DNA from: Anaerolineales bacterium UBA3001
Lineage (GTDB): Bacteria > Chloroflexota > Anaerolineae > Anaerolineales > UBA11657
Length of the DNA: 53,846 nt
Assembly (NCBI GenBank): GCA_002346435.1
Contig: DDZT01000064.1
Location: 1 to 53,846 of the forward strand
Direction: 5' to 3'
A model generated the notes under the pieces. The model saw only the letters and a list, made by a program, of their open reading frames with translations. It was not told where the DNA came from and ran no database searches. Shown piece after piece: positions 47,107 to 53,846 of this stretch; the stretch's first letter is position 1, and each line of letters opens with the position of its first letter. A program made the position numbers and the translations under genes.

Positions 47107-48750
47107 CTACATGGATTCGGGAGCACTGACACCCAACAAACCTAAAGCGTGTGACAATCCTATTCTAACTGCTCTAATAAGATTTAAACGTGCAAGAGTA
47201 AGTGATACATCATCATCATCTAAAACTCTACAATCACCATAAAAAGTATGGAAACTACTTGCAAGATCTCTCACATATGTGGTCAAATAATGTGGCGCCA
47301 TTTCACTTACAGCACGATCTATCGTATCCGATAATTCTAGCAAATTACGCATTAGCAATCGTTCTGAAGGATGTACTAGACTATCCACTTTAGTATCCTT
47401 CAATGAGTAGCCAGCTATAGACGCCTTTTCCAAAATACTGCAAATGCGAGCATGCGCATACTGTACGTAATATACCGGATTCTTGTCTGATTGATCACGA
47501 GCCAAATCAATGTCAAATTCCAGATGACTTTCAGATGCACGCATAAGCATAAAAAACCGCACCACATCAGCACCAACTTCATCGATCAGGTCATCCAAGC
47601 TGATAAATTTTCCAGATCTTTTGCTCATACGTTGACCCTTAATATTTACAAACTGATGCATGAGCATTTTTATCCTATCAGCCTCATAACCCATCGCTTT
47701 GACACCTAATATTACATCAGGAAACGAATCCTTATGATCTGCCCCCAAAACATCTATAACCAAATCAAATTTTCGTTCCATTTTATTGCAATGATATGCG
47801 ATGTCAGGCAACCTATATGTTGGCTCTCCAGTTGATTTCACTATGACTCTATCATCTGATCCACCTAACTCTTTTACAGCAAACCACACGGCACCATCTT
47901 TATCATAAGCTAACTTTTTCTGTCTAAGTTTTGCAACCACTTTATCTAGTGAACCATCTTCATAGAGTGATTGCTCATTGTATAGCACATCCATAACAAT
48001 ATTAAGTCTATTCAAGGTGCTGTGTTGTTTAGCAGCAATGTCCGTTTCAGCAATATCCTTGAAAGTTTCCCAGCTTTCTTCTGACAAACTATCAGAATGA
48101 GACTCTACAATCTGTGCGGCTAAGGAAATCAGATATTCACCCTGGTAATGATCTTCCGACAACTGCACAGAGATACCAAGAGATTGCAAGTATCTAATCC
48201 TCAATGATTCACCTAATTTTTTCATCTGTTGTCCAGCATTGTTGTAATAAAATTCTCTAGTGACTTTGTAACCTACCGCACTCAGCAAGTTCGACAGTGT
48301 ATCACCAAGTACACCACCTCGCCCATGTCCAACTGTTAATGGGCCTGTAGGATTTGCACTTACAAATTCTACTTGAGCACTTTGATTAGAGTACAAATCT
48401 AAATTCATAAAACTAGTCCCTTCACTAATAACTCTAGCAACCTGTGAGCACAACCAGTCTGACGACAAAGTCACATTTAGAAAACCAGGTTCCGATACGG
48501 TCGAATGTTCAATAATTGGACTTTTGGGCAAATAATCTTGAATGTGATTAGCGACAACAATAGGAGAATGGTCAATCTGTTTTGCTAGTTGCAATGGCAG
48601 CGCAGATGAATAATCACCCCATTCCCGTCTATTTGGACGAGTCAGATGAATGAGTTCCGGCAATTCAAAAGATGGAAGCGCTCCTTCTTTTTGAGCTCTA
48701 GCTACTCCCGCAAGAACCAATTTTGACAGTTGTATTGAAAGTAAAGTCAT
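47107..48750 (-). CDS. argS: Arginine--tRNA ligase
   Basis: HIGH-type [20 protein letters not shown]-type MSKRSG, C-terminal DALR anticodon-binding pattern. Confidence 0.95.
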   Translation of the reverse strand: MTLLSIQLSKLVLAGVARAQKEGALPSFELPELIHLTRPNRREWGDYSSALPLQLAKQIDHSPIVVANHIQDYLPKSPIIEHSTVSEPGFLNVTLSSDWLCSQVARVISEGTSFMNLDLYSNQSAQVEFVSANPTGPLTVGHGRGGVLGDTLSNLLSAVGYKVTREFYYNNAGQQMKKLGESLRIRYLQSLGISVQLSEDHYQGEYLISLAAQIVESHSDSLSEESWETFKDIAETDIAAKQHSTLNRLNIVMDVLYNEQSLYEDGSLDKVVAKLRQKKLAYDKDGAVWFAVKELGGSDDRVIVKSTGEPTYRLPDIAYHCNKMERKFDLVIDVLGADHKDSFPDVILGVKAMGYEADRIKMLMHQFVNIKGQRMSKRSGKFISLDDLIDEVGADVVRFFMLMRASESHLEFDIDLARDQSDKNPVYYVQYAHARICSILEKASIAGYSLKDTKVDSLVHPSERLLMRNLLELSDTIDRAVSEMAPHYLTTYVRDLASSFHTFYGDCRVLDDDDVSLTLARLNLIRAVRIGLSHALGLLGVSAPESM

Positions 48751-48839
48751 TGATAAATTTTACAATATCTTTTAGTATGGCGATGCAACAAATTATTAAT
48801 GTTAACAGACTGTTTCACTACATTAAACAAATAGAGCAT

Positions 48840-50363
48840 TTAATATCTATACAAAACATGGCACCTGTATGGTCTGATAGGGCCTTGAAGACGTGGTCCA
48901 TATCCCTGTACCAAATCTATAACTTTGAGTTTATCTTTGTCAACATGTCTAAAATTCCTTATATCTTCTGAGCAAATTTTATCAGACATAGAACAATCAC
49001 AACTGCCTGTTACAGTACTGATAATGATATTTTTACCTGTAGGAAGAAGTGTTTTTGAAACTTCAGAAGTGAACAAATGCGCATTGTTTTCAGTACTAAA
49101 ATAAAAATCTCCTAATTCCATTGCATAATAAATATATTCGTAATCGAGCTTTGTTGCTATATTATATGTTTGATCTATTCCTGAAGTCCATTCAATTCGA
49201 GGTTGCGCTCTAATATACCCCCAACCTAATACTACAACTACAAGCACACTCCTTAATACTGTTCCTGTAAACATATGTGTAGTGCTAAATCTCAATCTAG
49301 ATACAATCATACCAATAGAATAACCTATTAAAACAGGCACTCCTGCCATAAAGATTATGTAATATTTTTTTAATGCTAATCCCTTGGTAGGTATAGACAA
49401 TTCTAACAATACCAGTGGGACCAAAAACAATGTGAGAGCGCGAAAAATACTAGACGAACTCGTACGTTTTAGTTGTAACAAAGACACGATAAAACTTATC
49501 AAAAACAGTACTGCTACCAACAAACCATCAGTAAATACGAAGGTTTCTATGTAAGAAAAATAATCACTAATATACTTAGCAGGCGGAAAAGGATCAAACA
49601 TCTGTAGGAATGCTCCACCTATCCATGATGCGGCTGTTATTCCGTACATGCGACTTACTCTAACTACTATCTCAGCTACCGACACTGGAATGAACATTGC
49701 CACCGTCAATACACTGACCCCCCTAAATACTCTGATTATTTTAGTTGGTATATCAGACGACAACCGAATCTCCCGCAACAACTCCCACAACCCTAAGATT
49801 AGGTAAGAAGGAATAAAGTACATGCTGTGTAGGGTAATGGTAAACCCCGCTGCTACCCCAACCAAAACCATTTCCCGAACACGTATCCAGCCTTTTTTAG
49901 CAAACTTCAAATACAAATTAACTGCCAATAGCATAAAGAAAAGACTTGCCATTGGCGCCCTAGGCAAACGGGATACGTGAATAAAAGTCAACATGGAGGC
50001 AGTAAACAATGCCGCATAAAATCCAACATCGCTATTAAAAAGTCTTTGACAGAGTTTATAAATCAGTGCAATAATTGCTGTGCCAAAATAGACTGCCCAT
50101 AATGAACCAACAAACAGTCTAAAACCCATCACCCTATATCCAAATGCAACCATTAATTGCCATAGAGGCTTGCTAACTCCCGGGAAAGAATTGTTGATTA
50201 CAATATCTTTACTTTCTAGTATGCGACCAGCCATAAAGTCTTCGCCATCCCATGGTACCTGATCAAATACATTGGACACTCTCAAGTAAAACCCACAAAG
50301 AATCACCAATACAATGATTGGATAAACAACTATCCTTTTATTTGTATCACCAACAACAATCAT
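48840..50363 (-). CDS. GT-C fold membrane glycosyltransferase (ArnT/PMT-like)
   Basis: 507 aa with more than 10 TM helices. Acidic first-loop motif WDGEDF as in GT-C enzymes. Soluble C-terminal ~110 aa. Confidence 0.6.
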   Translation of the reverse strand: MIVVGDTNKRIVVYPIIVLVILCGFYLRVSNVFDQVPWDGEDFMAGRILESKDIVINNSFPGVSKPLWQLMVAFGYRVMGFRLFVGSLWAVYFGTAIIALIYKLCQRLFNSDVGFYAALFTASMLTFIHVSRLPRAPMASLFFMLLAVNLYLKFAKKGWIRVREMVLVGVAAGFTITLHSMYFIPSYLILGLWELLREIRLSSDIPTKIIRVFRGVSVLTVAMFIPVSVAEIVVRVSRMYGITAASWIGGAFLQMFDPFPPAKYISDYFSYIETFVFTDGLLVAVLFLISFIVSLLQLKRTSSSSIFRALTLFLVPLVLLELSIPTKGLALKKYYIIFMAGVPVLIGYSIGMIVSRLRFSTTHMFTGTVLRSVLVVVVLGWGYIRAQPRIEWTSGIDQTYNIATKLDYEYIYYAMELGDFYFSTENNAHLFTSEVSKTLLPTGKNIIISTVTGSCDCSMSDKICSEDIRNFRHVDKDKLKVIDLVQGYGPRLQGPIRPYRCHVLYRY

Positions 50364-50426
50364 TTCTTTGTACTATATCAATCCTTTCTTATAATCAACA
50401 ATTCAAATGAATAATTGACTACTAGA

Positions 50427-51290
50427 TTAACGCAATTTTTCCACAGAAACTATTGGCAGTTCGGACAAATTGGTAACATATTTATACAATTCACTCATTA
50501 ACATAAATTCATACCCTTTTTCACGTAACAATGTAATAACACCCTCAAATACCTCAAATGCTTGGTCACAATTCCGTAGATGAGCATATTTCTTCCAGCC
50601 GTGAATATTACCTGCAATTTGATTAATGTAATAGTCATAAGGATGCGAATCTAAAATTACTACATCTGGCAAGGGAAAAAACCGCATTAAAGTCTTATAT
50701 ATGTCCAGACCTAAAAACTTGATGTAGCTCATAGAAAATACTAATCGAAGGGTGTCTAAACAAGCTGCCGGCAGTTCGATTATCTCATTACCTGAATGAA
50801 CAAAACGAAACGGTTGATTTGGCAGGTGTAAATTTGAGTATCCATATTCGTCCAGACGTATTGAAGGGAATATACTCGCATCATATTTAAATTGATTTTC
50901 TATTAAAGAGACAATACCTTTGCTATCAATCAAGCCATTAGGTGCACGATACCCTATTGGCTTAACTCCAAAAAAGTCTTCATATGCAGCAACTGAACTA
51001 GAAACTTCGTCAGCAAAATATTGCATCCTTCTTTCATGACTGTGCGAATGGACACCAAACTCAATTGGAATGGTTTGTGACAAAAGTTTAATTTCAGTAC
51101 TATATTTTTCAATGAGAGATGTGACTAAAAATCCAGTAACTTTGATGTTATGTTTTTGAACAATTCTAGAATATTGCCTCATCAAATCAGTACTATCAAA
51201 CATGCGTATACGACCACTTTTGTCCAACAAATCTGACTCTATATCAAGCGTAACACAGGCAATTCGTTTGCTCAATTTCCCAACCTTCAC
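50427..51290 (-). CDS. NodB-type polysaccharide deacetylase family protein
   Basis: VTLDIESD (metal/catalytic Asp motif), HSHSH (HxxxH) and GYRAPNG motifs. Confidence 0.7.
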   Translation of the reverse strand: MKVGKLSKRIACVTLDIESDLLDKSGRIRMFDSTDLMRQYSRIVQKHNIKVTGFLVTSLIEKYSTEIKLLSQTIPIEFGVHSHSHERRMQYFADEVSSSVAAYEDFFGVKPIGYRAPNGLIDSKGIVSLIENQFKYDASIFPSIRLDEYGYSNLHLPNQPFRFVHSGNEIIELPAACLDTLRLVFSMSYIKFLGLDIYKTLMRFFPLPDVVILDSHPYDYYINQIAGNIHGWKKYAHLRNCDQAFEVFEGVITLLREKGYEFMLMSELYKYVTNLSELPIVSVEKLR

Positions 51291-51338
51291 TATATGAAAA
51301 TACTAGAATTCACTTGGGACAGAAATCAATAACAATAT

Positions 51339-52376
51339 CTACGATCTCAACCAAGCTTTTAATATAGCCAAACCAAATTTGAGTGGATATACTATCCCCC
51401 TAGGTTTTTTGCTAGAACCCAATTGTCTAGACATGATTGAAACCGGCACTTCCTTAATGGACAATCCTTTATTAACTGCCTCCAAAATCAATTCGGGGGC
51501 ACTGAATTGAGGCTCGCGCAACTCTAGTCTGGTAAGAGACGAAGCTCGTATAGCCCTAAAACCGTTGGTACAATCCGTAATTTTAGTTCTAGAAAAAAAT
51601 GATAATATGGAGGAATACAATACTATTCCAGCATGCCTAGTACTATTACGATCAGAGTAATGACCTAAGAAACGTGAACCCATAACATAGTCTGCTTGCC
51701 CTTCAAGAATTGGTGTTATCAGACACTCAATTTCCTCAGGACGATGCTGTCCATCTGCGTCCATAGTGACTACAATTTCCGCACCTTCTCTACAAGCTAT
51801 TTCAAAACCAGTTCGCAAGGCATCTCCTTGTCCACGATTTACTACATGGAACACTGCTAATCCACCTTGGCTCTGTACTACGTCACCAGTGCGATCGGAA
51901 GCACCATCAATAACAACTATAGATCTAATATTCATGCCTAGCACCTGTTCAGGAATCCTATCAAGGACCTCAGCAATAACACCTTCCTCATTGTATGCAG
52001 GAATAACAACAGCAATATTGGCCAAGTCTGACTCATAAACATTGTCCTTGCCATATGAGGTCAGAGCTAATGCTTGCACCAAATCACCAAAAGCCCTGCG
52101 CATGGTGGATAATCTGATAATGAGATGTATGATCAAAAGAAAAGAAACAAAGCTAGATAAAATAGCGATAGAAAACAAGCGCCCTTCAACTTGAAATATT
52201 GATGCTAAAACATCAACTATGGGTGGATAAATGGCAATGATCCATACTGAAACAAACAGAAATTGAGCTAAGAAAAGCTCTCCTCTTCTAAGCTTACCCG
52301 ATCTTCGCATAGCAAAAGAATAAATCAGGACAAAAGCCCCAAAAACCAACCCTAGAATGCGAACTCCACTAATCAA
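51339..52376 (-). CDS. Family-2 glycosyltransferase fused to an N-terminal ~100-aa multi-TM module
   Basis: Three to four N-terminal hydrophobic helices, then VVIPAYNEEGVI, VVIDGASDRT and TMDADGQH (DxD), typical of polyprenol-phosphate glycosyltransferases. Confidence 0.8.
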   Translation of the reverse strand: MISGVRILGLVFGAFVLIYSFAMRRSGKLRRGELFLAQFLFVSVWIIAIYPPIVDVLASIFQVEGRLFSIAILSSFVSFLLIIHLIIRLSTMRRAFGDLVQALALTSYGKDNVYESDLANIAVVIPAYNEEGVIAEVLDRIPEQVLGMNIRSIVVIDGASDRTGDVVQSQGGLAVFHVVNRGQGDALRTGFEIACREGAEIVVTMDADGQHRPEEIECLITPILEGQADYVMGSRFLGHYSDRNSTRHAGIVLYSSILSFFSRTKITDCTNGFRAIRASSLTRLELREPQFSAPELILEAVNKGLSIKEVPVSIMSRQLGSSKKPRGIVYPLKFGLAILKAWLRS

Positions 52377-52385
52377 ATCTAACCC

Positions 52386-53327
52386 CTATGTATAATTGAC
52401 AAACCATTCGTATGTTTTACGTAGACCCAAGTCCAAATTTACTTCTGGGTCCCAACCTAACATATCGCGCGCCTTTACAATCATAGAATAATTCTTTCGC
52501 ACGTCTCCATGTCTAGTCGGAGCTTTATAAATACTAGTGTCACTTCCAGACACATCCTGAACCATTTCAACCAATCTATTAATACTAGTTTCAATTCCTG
52601 TAGCAATTTGGTACACTTCGCCAACTTCATCACAATCCAGCGCCAATAGCACAGATCTGCACAAATCCGCAACATAAACAAAATCTCGTGTCTGCTCTCC
52701 ATCTCCATGCATTGTAATAACATTATTATTGCAAATTGCCTTAAAGAACTCAGCAACCACACTACCTTTGTGCTCGGAAAAAGGCCCATAAACGTTACCG
52801 AACCGAAGTACAATTGTATTTAATCCCCAAGAGCCATAGTACGCCAAGCAGTAGGCTTCTGCTGCTAGCTTGCTGGCTCCATATGGAGAGACTGGCAAGG
52901 GTGCCTTATCCTCAGAAGCGGGTGGTATTTGTCTGCCCAAAGGTGCATTAGAAGAAGCAAAAATAATCTTCTGTGACATCTTCGTGTCAGAGCTATCTTT
53001 GGCTGCTCGACATGCTTCTAGGACATTGAGAGTGCCAACCACATTTGCTTCGCAGTCCTGATAAGGGTCAATCAATGAACCAGGAACACCAGTCTGAGCT
53101 GCTAAATGTATAATCGATTGATGCGATCTTATAACTTCAACTAAAAGATCTCTATCCAATACGTCTCCCTCAACAATGTCAACAGGTAAACCTTCTAAAT
53201 ATGCATATCTTCCCGTACTGAAATTGTCGAAGACAGTAACTTTGTAATCAAGCTTAAGCAGCATACGAACTAGATTAGCTCCAATAAATCCAGCCCCACC
53301 GGTCACCAAAACACTAATGTTTTTCAT
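52386..53327 (-). CDS. NAD-dependent sugar-nucleotide epimerase/dehydratase (extended SDR)
   Basis: [11 protein letters not shown] Rossmann motif and YGASKLAAE catalytic YxxxK. 313 aa. Confidence 0.85.
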   Translation of the reverse strand: MKNISVLVTGGAGFIGANLVRMLLKLDYKVTVFDNFSTGRYAYLEGLPVDIVEGDVLDRDLLVEVIRSHQSIIHLAAQTGVPGSLIDPYQDCEANVVGTLNVLEACRAAKDSSDTKMSQKIIFASSNAPLGRQIPPASEDKAPLPVSPYGASKLAAEAYCLAYYGSWGLNTIVLRFGNVYGPFSEHKGSVVAEFFKAICNNNVITMHGDGEQTRDFVYVADLCRSVLLALDCDEVGEVYQIATGIETSINRLVEMVQDVSGSDTSIYKAPTRHGDVRKNYSMIVKARDMLGWDPEVNLDLGLRKTYEWFVNYT

Positions 53328-53354
53328 TAGGCGAAATTTGCCTTTACAACAAGA

Positions 53355-53846
53355 CTAAATTGTTTGCACCTTCTTCCTGGACCCATTCCACCTTACATCC
53401 GGAATAAGCACATCTTTATTAGCCTCTATTCTGTCTCTATACTTTATTAAATCCTCAAGCATCATCAGTATTTCTTTATCAATATCTTCAGTAGGCTGGT
53501 AACCTAAATCAAAAAGCGCCTGATGCGTGGGATTATAGTAATGATTTTCAGCTTCAATCCGCGGATTTTCTAGATTAGTAATTGGAACATCAAAACCAAC
53601 TTGAGCAGCTACTTGGCGAACTTTAAGAGCTAGCTCCCTGACCGTAAATACACCTTGAAATTGATTGAAAACTCGATATTCGGCCATATCAGGAGGGTTT
53701 TCAACAACTAACGTCAAACATTGCATAGAATCTTTCAATGGTATGAAACTGCGCTTCTGACCACCATTACCATAAGGAGTAAGTGGGTGACCAATAATTG
53801 CCTGGCAACAAAAGCGATTGATGATCGTACCAAATGCTTGATCGAA
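53355..53846 (-). CDS. sqdB: UDP-sulfoquinovose synthase-like SDR (SqdB/SQD1-like), C-terminal part; 5' end lies outside the window
   Basis: The frame stays open upstream of the listed ORF to the window end. It reads FDQAFGTIINRFCCQAIIGHPLTPYGNGGQKRSFIPLKDSMQC...EYRVFNQFQGVFTVRELA...NPRIEAENHYYNPTHQAL. As I recall it, this parallels the plant SQD1 / bacterial SqdB C-terminal half (FGT..NRFC.QA..GHPLT.YG.GGQ.R...D...C; FRVFNQFTE.FSV.ELA; NPR.EAEEHYYN). Confidence 0.7.
   Translation of the reverse strand, partial: FDQAFGTIINRFCCQAIIGHPLTPYGNGGQKRSFIPLKDSMQCLTLVVENPPDMAEYRVFNQFQGVFTVRELALKVRQVAAQVGFDVPITNLENPRIEAENHYYNPTHQALFDLGYQPTEDIDKEILMMLEDLIKYRDRIEANKDVLIPDVRWNGSRKKVQTI

Noticed and set aside
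1-53846. Checked for CRISPR arrays, IS elements or transposases, integrases, rRNA, toxin-antitoxin pairs and programmed frameshifts
   Set aside because: No regularly spaced repeats, no DDE or serine/tyrosine-recombinase-like ORFs, no rRNA-like conserved stretches and no small adjacent ORF pairs were seen in the spacers. Visual scanning of 54 kb cannot exclude short or degenerate elements.

Overview
All calls come from reading the ORF translations and the DNA by eye; no homology search, HMM scan or folding was run. The window is an AT-rich (roughly 40% GC by eye) bacterial chromosomal segment, densely packed with about 56 protein-coding genes. I recognised no rRNA, tRNA, CRISPR array, transposase or integrase. 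Most of it is core housekeeping: rarA; rho-glpX; the cdsA-uppS-frr-pyrH-tsf-rpsB string; rplT-rpmI-infC; xpt-guaA; acnA; dcd; argS. Accessory blocks are interleaved with it: (a) a conserved operon of unknown function (HAD / SCO1664-like kinase-fold / DUF3090 / histidine-phosphatase) at 227-2748; (b) a Liv-type amino-acid ABC importer without a binding-protein gene and with a double-length LivM, flanked by a PLP dehydratase-like gene and an ornithine cyclodeaminase-like gene; (c) a dTDP-rhamnose, chain-length-regulator and glycosyltransferase cluster at 35.4-44.1 kb; (d) a second envelope-glycan cluster at 48.8-53.8 kb with Arn-like logic and a truncated SqdB-like gene. The short EF-Ts and the DUF3090 trio suggest a Chloroflexota- or Actinobacteria-like lineage; this is inference only. 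The stand-out candidate for an undescribed system is a compact, translationally coupled three-gene operon at 29017-32518. It encodes a NurA-like nuclease, a 208-aa orphan protein and a HerA-like ATPase. It has its own upstream spacer and a perfect bidirectional terminator, and it sits between unrelated metabolic genes with no mre11/rad50 nearby. Many start codons are uncertain. I moved several inward or outward from the longest-ORF call where an RBS or conserved N-terminus supported it.
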